This document shows positions 53,201 to 64,000 of a stretch of 64,000 nucleotides of DNA, one piece after another (position 1 is the first letter of the stretch; every line of letters starts with the position of its first letter). Location of the stretch: assembly GCA_964016885.1 (NCBI GenBank), contig OZ024743.1, positions 205,592,001 to 205,656,000 of the forward strand, in the 5' to 3' direction. Source of the stretch: Eledone cirrhosa (taxonomy: Eukaryota). The notes under the pieces were generated by a model that was given only the letters and a program-made list of their open reading frames with translations, ran no database searches and was not told the DNA's origin. Position numbers and translations under genes: made by a program.

Positions 53201-56200
53201 TACAAATTATCTCCCCTGATTTTTTTAAATATTATCTTCCCTTGGCTGGCGGGAAATTATCTCCCCTTGGACGGCTGGAAATTATCTCCCCTTGGAAGGA
53301 TGGAAATTATCTCCCCTTGGACGGCTGGAAATTATCTCCCCTTGCACTGCTGGAAATTATCTCCCCTTGGACGGCTGGAAATTATCTCCCCTTGGCTGAA
53401 AATTATCTCCCCTTGGACGGCTAGAAATTATCTCTCTTTGGACGGCTGGAAATTATCTCCCCTTGATTTTTTTTACAAATTATCTCCCCCTGATTTTTTT
53501 ACAAATCTCCCAGTGTTTTTTTTTTTAAATTATCTCCCCTTCGCTGGCTGGAAATTATCTCCCCTTGGACGCTGGAAATTATAGCCCCTTGGAGGGCTGG
53601 AAATTATCTTCCCTTGGACGGCTGGAAATTATCTCCCCTTGATTTTTTTTACAAATTATCTCCCCCTGATTTTTTTTACAAATTATCTCCCCCTGATTTT
53701 TTTTTACAAATTATCTCCCCCTGATTTTTTTTACAACTTATCTCCGCCTGATTTTTTAAAAAAAATTATCTCCCCTTGGACGGCTAGAAATTACCTCTCC
53801 TTGGACGGCTGAAAATTATCTCCCCTTGGACGGCTGCAAATTATCTCCCCTTGATTTTTTTTACAAATTATCTCCCCCTGATTTTTTTTTACAAATTATC
53901 TCCCCCTGATTTTTTTTACAAATTATCTCCCCCTGATTTTTTTTTACAAATTATCTCCCCCTGATTTTTTTTACAAATTATATTCCCTTGGCTGGCTGGA
54001 AATTATCTCCCCTTGGAGGCTGGAATTTATCTCCCCTTGGACGGCTAGAAATTACCTCTCCTTGGACGGCTGGAAATTATGTCTCCTTGGACGGCTGGAA
54101 ATTATCTCCCCTTGGACGGCTGGAAATTATCTCCCCTTGGACGGCTGGAAATTATCTCCCCTTGGACGGCTAGATATTACCTCTCCTTGGACGGCTGGAA
54201 ATTATCTGCCCTTGGACGGCTGGAAATTATCTCCCCTTGGACGGCTGGAAATTATTTCCCCTTGATTTTTTTTACAAATTATCTCCCGCTGATTTTTTTT
54301 TACAAATCTCCACCTAATTAAAAAAAAAATTATCTCCCCTTCGCTGGCTGGAAATTATCTTGCTTTGGACGGCTGGAAATTATAGCCGCTTGTAGGGCTG
54401 GAAATTATCTCCCCTTGGACGGCTGGAAATTATCTCCCCTTGATTTTTTTTACTAAGTATCTCACCCTGATTTTTTTTTACAAATTATCTCCGCCTGATT
54501 TTTAAAAAAAAATTATCTCCCCTTGGCTGGATGGAAATTATCTCCCCTTGGACGGCTGGAAATTATCTTCCCTTGATTTCTTCTACAAATTATCTACCCC
54601 TGATTTTTTTTTTACAAATTATCTCTCCCTGATTTTTTTTTACAAATATCTCTCCTTGGCTGGCTGGAAATTATCTCCCCTTGGCTGGCTGGAAATTATC
54701 TCCCCCTGATATTTTTTTACAAATTAGCTCCCCCTGATTTTTTTTACAAATTATCTCCCCCTGATTTTTTTCACAAATTATCTCCCCCTGATTTTTTTTA
54801 CAAATTATCTCCCCTGATTTAAAAAAAAAAATTATCTCCCCTTGGACGGCTGGAAATTATCTCCCCTTGGACGGCTGGAAATTATCGCCCCCTGATTTTT
54901 TTTTTACAAATTATCTCCACCTGATTTTTTTTACAAATCATCTCAGCCTGATTTTTTTAAAATATTATCTCCCTTGGCTTGCTGGAAATTATCTCCCCTT
55001 GGACGGCTATAAATTATCTCTCCTTCGACCGCTGGAAATTATCTCCCCTTGATTTTTTTACAAATTATCTCCCCCTGATTTTTTTTTACCAATCAACCCC
55101 TGATTTAAAAACAAAAATTATCTCCCCTTCGCTGGCTGGAAATTATCTCCCCTTGGACGGCTGGAAATTATCTCCCCATGATTTTTTTTACAAATTATCT
55201 ACCCCTGATTTTTTTACAAATTATCTCCCCCTGATTTTTTTTACAAATTATCTCCCCCTGATTTTTTTTTTTACAAATTATCTCCGCCTGATTTTTTTAA
55301 AATTATCTCCCCTTGGCTGGATGGAAATTATCTCCCCTTGGACGGCTGGAAATTATCTCCCCTTGGAAGGATGGAAATTATCTCCCCTTGGACGGCTGGA
55401 AATTATCTCCCCTTGCACGGCTGGAAATTATCTCCCCTTGGACGGCTAGAAATTACCTCTCCTTGGACGGCTGAAAATTATCTCCCCTTGGACGGCTGGA
55501 AATTATGTCCACCTGATTTTTTTTTACAAATCATCTCCGCCTGATTTTTTTAAAAACTTATCTCCCTTGGCTTGCTGGAAATTATCTCCCCTTGGACGGC
55601 TATAAATTATCTCTCCTTCGACGGCTGGAAATTATCTCCCCTTGATTTTTTTACAAATTATCTCCCCCTGATTTTTTTTTACCAATCTACCCCTGATTTA
55701 AAAAAAAAATTATCTCTCCTTCGCTGGCTGGAAATTATCTCCCCTTGGACGGCTGGAAATTATCTCCCCTTGATTTTTTTTACAAATTATCTACCCCTGA
55801 TTTTTTTACAAATTATCTCCCCCTGATTTTTTTTTACAAATTATCTCCCCTTGATTTTTTTTTTTTTACAAATTATCTCCGCCTGATTTTTTTTAAATTA
55901 TCTCCCCTTGGCTGGATGGAAATTATCTCCCCTTGGACGGCTGGAAATTATCTCCCCTTGCACGGCTGGAAATTATCTTCCCTTGGACGGCTAGAAATTA
56001 CCTCTCCTTGGACGGCTGAAAATGATCTCCCCTTGGACGGCTGGAAATTATCTCCCCCTGATTTTTTTTACAAATTATCTCCCCTTGCACGGCTGGAAAT
56101 TATCTCCCCTTGGACGGCTGGAAATTATCTGCCCTTGATTTTGTTTTTACAAATTATCTCCCCCTGATTTTTTTTACAAATTATCTCCACCTGATATTTT

Positions 56201-59200
56201 AAAAAATTATCTCCCCTTGGACGGCTGGAAATTATCTCCCCTTGGCTGGAAATTATCTCCCCTTGGACGGCTAGAAATTATCTCTCTTTGGACGGCTGGA
56301 AATTATCTCCCCTTGATTCTTTTTACAAATTATCTCCCCCTGATTTTTTTTACAAATCTCACAGTGATTTTTTAAAAAAAATTATCTCCCCTTCGCTGGC
56401 TGGAAATTATCTCCCCTTGGACGCTGGAAATTATAGCCCCTTGGACGCTGGAAATTATCTTCCCTTGGACGGCTGGAAATTATCTCCCCTTGATTTTTTT
56501 ACAAATTATCTCCCCCTGATTTTTTTTTACAAATTATCTCCCCCTCATTTTTTTTTTACAAATTATCTCCCCTTGGACGGGTGGAAATTATCTCCCCTTG
56601 GACGGCTTGAAATTATCTCCCCTTGGACGGCTAGAAATTACCTCTCCTTGGACGGCTGAAAATTATCTCCCCTTGATTTTTTTTACAAATTATCTCCCCC
56701 TGATTTTTTTTTTTACAAATTATCTCCCCCTGATTTTATTTTACATATTATCTACCCCTGATTTTTTTTTACAAATTATCTCCACATTATCTTTTTTACA
56801 AATTATCTCCCCCTGATTTTTTTTTTACAAATTATCTCCCCCTGATTTTTTTACAAATTATCTCCCCCTAATTTATTTTACAAATTATCTCCGCCTGATT
56901 TTTTTAAATATTATCTTCCCTTGGCTGGCGGGAAATAATCTCCCCTTGGACGGCTGGAAATTATCTCCCCTTGGAAGGATGGAAATTATCTTCCCTTGGA
57001 CGGCTGGAAATTATCTCCCCTTGCACGGCTGGAAATTATCTCCCCTTGGACGGCTGGAAATTATCTCCCCTTGGATGGCTAGAAATTATCTCTCTTTGGA
57101 CGGCTGGAAATTATCTCCCCTTGATTTTTTTTACAAATTATCTCCCCCTGATTTTTTTTACAAATCTCCCAGTGATTTTTAAAAAAAAATTATCTCCCTT
57201 TCGCTGGCTGGAAATTATCTCCCCTTGGACGCTGGAAATTATAGCCCCTTGGAGGGCTGGAAATTATCTTCCCTTGGACGGCTGGAAATTATCTCCCCTT
57301 GATTTTTTTTACATATTATCTCCCCCTGATTTTTTTTACAACTTATCTCCGCCTGATTTTTTTAAAAAAATTATCTCCCCTTGGACGGCTGGAAATTATC
57401 TCCCCTTGGACGGCTGGAAATTATCTCTCCTTGGACGGCTAGAAATTACCTCTCCTTGGACGGCTGAAAATTATCTCCCCTTGGACGGCTGGAAATTATC
57501 TCCCCTTGATTTTTTTTACAAATTATCTCCCCCTAATTTTTTTTACAAATTATCTCCCCCTGATTTTTTTTACAAATTATATTCCCTTGGCTGGCTGGAA
57601 ATTATCTCCCCTTGGAGGCTGGAATTTATCTCCCCTTGGACGGCTAGAAATTACCTCTCCTTGGACGGCTGGAAATTATGTCTCCTTGGACGGCTGGAAA
57701 TTATCTCCCCTTGGACGGCTGGAAATTATCTCCCCTTGGACGGCTGGAAATTATCTCCCCTTGAACGGCTAGAAATTACCTGTCCTTGGACGGCTGAAAA
57801 TTATCTCCCCTTGGACGGCTGGAAATTATCTCCCCTTGATTTTTTACAAATTATCTCCCCCTGATTTTTTTTACAAATTATCTCCCCCTGATTTTTTTTT
57901 ACAAATTATCTACCCCTGATTTTTTTTACAAATCTCCCAGTGATTTTTTTAAAAAAATTATCTCCCCTTCGCTGGCTGGAAATTATCTCCCCTTGGACGC
58001 TGGAAATTATAGCCCCTTGGAGGGCTGGAAGTTATCTTTCCTTGGAGGGCTGGAAATTATCTTCCCTTGGACGGCTGGAAATTATCTCCCCTTGATTTTT
58101 TTTACAAATTATCTCCCCCTGATTTTTTTTTACAAATTATCTCCCCCTGATTTTTTTTTTACAAATTATCTGCGCCTGATTTTTTTTAAAAATTATCTCC
58201 CCTTGGACGGCTGGAAATTATCTCCCCTTGGACGGCTGGAAATTATCTCCCCTTGGACGGCTAGAAATTACCTCTCCTTGGACGGCTTAAAATTATCTCC
58301 CCTTGATTTTTTTTTACAAATTATCTACCCCTGATTTTTTTTTACAAATTATCTACGCCTGATTTTTTTTTCCAAATTATCTCCCCCTGATTTTTTTTTA
58401 CAAATTATCTCCCCCTGTTTTTTTTTACAAATTATTTCCCCCTGATTATTTTACAAATTATCTCCGCCTGATTTTTTTAAATATTATCTTCCCTTGGCTG
58501 GCGGGAAATTATCTCCCCTTGGACGCCTGGAAATTATCTCCCCTTGGAAGGATGGAAATTATCTCCCCTTGGACGGCTGGAAATTATCTCCCCTTGCACT
58601 GCTGGAAATTATCTCCCCTTGGACGGCTGGAAATTATCTCCCCTTGGCTGGAAATTATCTCCCCTTGGACGGCTAGAAATTATCTCTCTTTGGACGGCTG
58701 GAAATTATCTCCCCTTGATTTTTTTACAAATTATCTCCCCCTGATTTTTTTACAAATCTCCCAGTGTTTTTTTTTTTAAATTATCTCCCCTTCGCTGGCT
58801 GGAAATTATCTCCCCTTGGACGCTGGAAATTATAGCCCCTTGGAGGGCTGGAAATTATCTTCCCTTGGACGGCTGGAAATTATCTCCCCTTGATTTTTTT
58901 TACAAATTATCTCCCCCTGATTTTTTTTTACAAATTATCTCCCCCTGATTTTTTTTTACAAATTATCTCCCCCTGATTTTTTTTACAACTTATCTCCGCC
59001 TGATTTTTTAAAAAAAATTATCTCCCCTTGGACGGCTAGAAATTACCTCTCCTTGGACGGCTGAAAATTATCTCCCCTTGGACGGCTGGAAATTATCTCC
59101 CCTTGATTTTTTTTACAAATTATCTCCCCCTGATTTTTTTTTACAAATTATCTCCCCCTGATTTTTTTTACAAATTATCTCCCCCTGATTTTTTTTTACA

Positions 59201-62200
59201 AATTATCTCCCCCTGATTTTTTTTACAAATTATATCCCCTTGGCTGGCTGGAAATTATCTCCCCTTGGAGGCTGGAATTTATCTCCCCTTGGACGGCTAG
59301 AAATTACCTCTCCTTGGACGGCTGGAAATTATGTCTCCTTGGACGGCTAGAAATTACCTCTCCTTGGACGGCTGAAAATTATCTCCCCTTGGACGGCTGG
59401 AAATTATCTCCCCTTGATTTTTTTACAAATTATCTCCCCCTGATTTTTTTTACAAATTATCTCCCCCTGATTTTTTTTTACAAATTATCTCCCCCTGATT
59501 TTTTTTACAAATTATATCCCCTTGGCTGGCTGGAAATTATCTCCCCTTGGAGGCTGGAATTTATCTCCCCTTGGACGGCTAGAAATTACCTCTCCTTGGA
59601 CGGCTGGAAATTATGTCTCCTTGGACGGCTGGAAATTATCTCCCCTTGGACGGCTGGAAATTATCTCCCCTTGGACGGCTGGAAATTATCTCCCCTTGGA
59701 CGGCTAGATATTACCTCTCCTTGGACGGCTGGAAATTATCTGCCCTTGGACGGCTGGAAATTATCTCCCCTTGGACGGCTGGAAATTATTTCCCCTTGAT
59801 TTTTTTTACAAATTATCTCCCGCTGATTTTTTTTTACAAATCTCCACCTAATTAAAAAAAAAATTATCTCCCCTTCGCTGGCTGGAAATTATCTTGCTTT
59901 GGACGGCTGGAAATTATAGCCGCTTGTAGAGCTGGAAATTATCTCCCCTTGGACGGCTGGAAATTATCTCCCCTTGATTTTTTTTACTAAGTATCTCACC
60001 CTGATTTTTTTTTACAAATTATCTCCGCCTGATTTTTAAAAAAAAATTATCTCCCCTTGGCTGGATGGAAATTATCTCCCCTTGGACGGCTGGAAATTAT
60101 CTTCCCTTGATTTCTTCTACAAATTATCTACCCCTGATTTTTTTTACAAATTATCTCTCCCTGATTTTTTTTTACAAATATCTCTCCTTGGCTGGCTGGA
60201 AATTATCTCCCCTTGGCTGGCTGGAAATTATCTCTCCCTGATATTTTTTTACAAATTAGCTCCCCCTGATTTTTTTTACAAATTATCTCCCCCTGATTTT
60301 TTTCACAAATTATCTCCCCGTGATTTTTTTTACAAATTATCTCCCCTGATTTAAAAAGAAAAAGTATCTCCCCTTGGACGGCTGGAAATTATCTCCCCTT
60401 GGACGGCTGGAAATTATCGCCCCCTGATTTTTTTTTTACAAATTATCTCCACCTGATTTTTTTTACAAATCATCTCAGCCTGATTTTTTTTAAATATTAT
60501 CTCCCTTGGCTTGCTGGAAATTATCTCCCCTTGGACGGCTATAAATTATCTCTCCTTCGACGGCTGGAAATTATCTCCCCTTGATTTTTTTACAAATTAT
60601 CTCCCCCTGATTTTTTTTTACCAATCAACCCCTGATTTAAAAACAAAAATTATCACCCCTTCGCTGGCTGGAAATTATCTCCCCTTGGACGGCTGGAAAT
60701 TATCTCCCCTTGATTTTTTTTACAAATTATCTACCCCTGATTTTTTTACAAATTATCTCCCCCTGATTTTTTTTACAAATTATCTCCCCCTGATTTTTTT
60801 TTTTTACAAATTATCTCCGCCTGATTTTTTTAGAATTATCTCCCCTTGGCTGGATGGAAATTATCTCCCCTTGGACGGCTGGAAATTATCTCCCCTTGGA
60901 AGGATAGAAATTATCTCCCCTTGGACGGCTGGAAATTATCTCCCCTTGCACGGCTGGAAATTATCTCCCCTTGGACGGCTAGAAATTACCTCTCCTTGGA
61001 CGGCTGAAAATTATCTCCCCTTGGACGGCTGGAAATTATGTCCACCTGATTTTTTTTACAAATCATCTCCGCCTGATTTTTTTAAAAACTTATCTCCCTT
61101 GGCTTGCTGGAAATTATCTCCCCTTGGACGGCTATAAATTATCTCTCCTTCGACGGCTGGAAATTATCTCCCCTTGATTTTTTTACAAATTATCTCCCCC
61201 TGATTTTTTTTTACCAATCTACCCCTGATTTAAAAAAAAATTATCTCTCCTTCGCTGGCTGGAAATTATCTCCCCTTGGACGGCTGGAAATTATCTCCCC
61301 TTGATTTTTTTTACAAATTATCTACCCCTGATTTTTTTACAAATTATCTCCCCCTGATTTTTTTTTACAAATTATCTCCCTTTGATTTTTTTTTTTTACA
61401 AATTATCTCCGCCTGATTTTCTTAAAATTATCTCCCCTTGGCTGGATGGAAATTATCTCCCCTAGGACGGCTGGAAATTATCTCCCCTTGCACGGCTGGA
61501 AATTATCTTCCCTTGGACGGCTAGAAATTACCTCTCCTTGGACGGCTGAAAATTATCTCCCCTTGGACGGCTGGAAATTATCTCCCCCTGATTTTTTTTA
61601 CAAATTATCTCCCCTTGCACGGCTGGAAATTATCTCCCCTTGGACGGCTGGAAATTATCTGCCCTTGATTTTGTTTTTACAAATTATCTCCCCCTGATTT
61701 TTTTTACAAATTATCTCCACCTGATATTTTAAAAAATTATCTCCCCTTGGACGGCTGGAAATTATCTCCCCTTGGCTGGAAATTATCTCCCCTTGGACGG
61801 CTAGAAATTATCTCTCTTTGGACGGCTGGAAATTATCTCCCCTTGATTCTTTTTACAAATTATCTCCCCCTGATTTTTTTTACAAATCTCCCAGTGATTT
61901 TTTTAAAAAAATTATCTCCCCTTCGCTGGCTGGAAATTATCTCCCCTTGGACGCTGGAAATTATAGCCCTTTGGACGCTGGAAATTATCTTCCCTTGGAC
62001 GGCTGGAAATTATCTCCCCTTGATTTTTTTACAAATTATCTCCCCCTGATTTTTTTTTACAAATTATCTCCCCCTGATTTTTTTTTTACAAATTATCTCC
62101 CCTTGGACGGGTGGAAATTATCTCCCCTTGATTTTTTTACAAATTATCTCCCCCTGATTTTTTTTTACCAATCTACCCCTGATTTAAAAAAAAAAATTAT

Positions 62201-63650
62201 CTCCCCTTCGCTGGCTGGAAATTATCTCCCCTTGGACGGCTTGAAATTATCTCCCCTTGGACGGCTAGAAATTACCTCTCCTTGGACGGCTGAAAATTAT
62301 CTCCCCTTGATTTTTTTTACAAATTATCTCCCCCTGATTTTTTTTTTTACAAATTATCTCCCCCTGGTTTTATTTTACATATTATCTACCCCTGATTTTT
62401 TTTTACAAATTATCTCCACCTGATCTTTTTTACAAATTATCTCCCCCTGATTTTTTTTTTACAAATTATCTCCCTCTGATTTTTTTACAAATTATCTCCC
62501 CCTGATTTTTTTTTCAAATTATCTCCGCCTGATTTTTTTAAATATTATCTTCCCTTGGCTGGCGGGAAATTATCTCCCCTTGGACGGCTGGAAATTATCT
62601 CCCCTTGGAAGGATGGAAATTATCTCCCCTTGGACGGCTGGAAATTATCTCCCCTTGCACTGCTGGAAATTATCTCCCCTTGGACGGCTGGAAATTATCT
62701 CCCCTTGGCTGGAAATTATCTCCCCTTGGACGGCTAGAAATTATCTCTTTGGACGGCTGGAAATTATCTCCCCTTGATTTTTTTACAAATTATCTCCCCC
62801 TTATTTTTTTTACAAATCTCCCAGTGATTTTTTTTAAAAAATTATCTCCCCTTCGCTGGCTGGAAATTATCTCCCCTTGGACGCTGGAAATTATAGCCCC
62901 TTGGAGGGCTGGAAATTATCTTCCCTTGGACGGCTGGAAATTATCTCCCCTTGATTTCTTTTACAAATTATCTCCCCCTGATTTTTTTTTACAAATTTTC
63001 TCCCCCTGATTTTTTTTTACAAATTATCTCCCCCTGATTTTTTTTACAACTTATCTCCGCCTGATTTTTTTAAAAAAATTATCTCCCCTTGGACGGCTGG
63101 AAATTATCTCCCCTTGGACGGCTGGAAATTATCTCTCCTTGGACGGCTGGAAATTATCTCCCCTTGATTTTTTTTACTAATTATCTCCCCCTGATTTTTT
63201 TTTACAAATATCTCCCCTTGGCTGCCTGGAAATTATCTCCCCTTGGCAGGCTGGAAATGATCTCCCCTTGGACGGCTGGAAATTATCTCCTCTTGGACGC
63301 CTAGAAATTACCTCTCCTTGGACAGCTGTAAATTATCTCCCCTTGGACGGCTGGAAATTATCTTGCCTTGGACGGCTGGAAATTATCTCCCCTTGATTTT
63401 GTATACAAATTATCTCCCCCTGATTTTTTTTTACAAATTATCTGCCCCTGATTATTTTTTTACAAATTAGCTTCGCCTGATTTTTTTTTAAAATTATCTC
63501 CCCTTGGACGGCTGGAAATTATCTCCCCTTGGACGGCTGGAAATTATCTCCCCTTGAACGGCTAGAAATTACCTCTCCTTGGACGGCTGAAAATTATCTC
63601 CCCTTGGACGGCTGGAAATTATCGCCCCCTGATTTTTTTTAACAAATTAT
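30434..63650 (+). repeat. Older large tandem duplication: ~30434-46245 recurs at ~46295-63650 (offset ~15.8 kb, rising to ~17.4 kb after a net 1,598-bp gain)
   Basis: Offsets are 15861 (30683/46544), 15763 (31907/47670, 33744/49507), 15784-15786 (35549/51333, 36695/52481) and then 17384-17410 (37483/54867, 45145/62555). The copies differ by scattered SNPs and whole-monomer indels. Confidence 0.82.
51306..54820 (+). repeat. Tandem duplication of 1,909 bp whose second copy lacks one 311-bp sub-unit (net +1,598 bp)
   Basis: Offsets are 1909 (51333/53242) and then 1598 (52390/53988, 52481/54079). The junction at 53215-53222 (CCTGATTT) matches 51306-51313. Confidence 0.85.
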
Positions 63651-64000
63651 CTCCACCTGATTTTTTTTACAAATCATCTCCGCCTGATTTTTTTAAAAAA
63701 TTATCTCCCTTTCGCTGGCTGGAAATTATCTCCCCTTGGACGCTGGAAATTATAGCCCCTTGGACGGCTGGAAATTATCTCCCCTTGATTTTTTTTACAT
63801 ATTATCTCCCCCTGATTTTTTTTTACGAATTATCTCCCCGATTTTTTTTTACAAATTATCTCCCCCTGATTTTTTTTTACAAATTATCTCCGCCTGATTT
63901 TTTAAAAAAAATTATCTCCCCTTGGACGGCTGGAAATTATCTCCCCTTGAACGGCTGGAAATTATCTCCCCTTGGACGGCTGGAAATTATCTCCCCTTGG
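54065..64000 (+). repeat. Copy 2 of the 54,064-bp-period repeat, truncated by the window end
   Basis: Starts GACGGCTGGAAATTATGTCT like position 1 and ends at the equivalent of 9936. The only difference noticed is G2482 vs C56546. Confidence 0.95.

Larger units (their letters stand above)
1..64000 (+). repeat. Composite satellite array of two interspersed monomers (A 25 bp; B ~26-30 bp) sharing the core AAATTATCTCCCCYTG, all head-to-tail; extends beyond both window ends
   Basis: The core AAATTATCTCCCC, or a 1-3 nt variant, recurs every ~21-30 bp from start to end. It is followed by either TTGGACGGCTGG (A) or (C/T)TGA-Tn-AC (B). About 2,400-2,500 monomers estimated from 64,000/~26. No reverse-orientation core (GGGGAGATAATTT) seen on the + strand. 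Confidence 0.99.

Noticed and set aside
15-63304. Several hundred + strand ORFs of 60-297 aa
   Set aside because: All are translations of the satellite in overlapping frames, mostly with TTG starts from CCCCTTG. Frames shift with T-tract length, homologous copies gain and lose stops freely, and no domain is recognisable.
1-64000. CRISPR-like repeat-spacer layout
   Set aside because: The core is only ~16 bp and the 'spacers' are 9-14 bp of just two recurring types rather than unique 25-45 bp sequences. There is no leader and no cas gene.
1-64000. Telomeric repeat (long yeast-type ~25-bp unit with C-rich/G-rich strand bias)
   Set aside because: Telomerase-made arrays are much shorter and would not preserve kb-scale duplications with shared private variants. 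I recognise no known telomere motif. A subtelomeric or recombination-maintained terminal satellite cannot be excluded.
1-64000. Plasmid iterons/replication origin, or VNTR-type antigenic-variation or DGR cassettes
   Set aside because: No rep, recombinase, reverse transcriptase or target gene is present, and the scale is orders of magnitude beyond iteron arrays.
1-64000. Pure sequencing noise or a synthetic/data-storage construct
   Set aside because: Variants and homopolymer lengths are reproduced between distant copies in a tree-like pattern typical of natural duplication. Long homopolymers are avoided in synthetic designs. Mis-assembly of individual large duplications remains possible.

Overview
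The whole 64 kb window is one uninterrupted, single-orientation satellite array. I saw no unique sequence, gene, RNA gene, transposon or inversion. Two monomer types share the core AAATTATCTCCCC(C/T)TG: type A is 25 bp (GGACGGCTGGAAATTATCTCCCCTT) and type B is ~26-30 bp (GA-T7..11-ACAAATTATCTCCCCCT). They alternate in runs, usually (A)n-(B)m closed by a special TnAm linker unit. On top of this sits a nested hierarchy of duplications with periods of about 75-150 bp, 283/311 bp, 1.9 kb, 3,790 bp, 5.5 kb, 7.1 kb, 15.8/17.4 kb and 54,064 bp, with bases 1-9,936 recurring almost perfectly at 54,065-64,000. All ORFs in the track are explained by the A monomer lacking a stop codon in any + frame, so none is called as a gene. 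The pattern best fits a eukaryotic heterochromatic, centromeric or subtelomeric satellite assembled from accurate long reads, but neither organism nor function can be determined from the sequence. Alignments were done by eye using diagnostic variants and ORF-track offsets.
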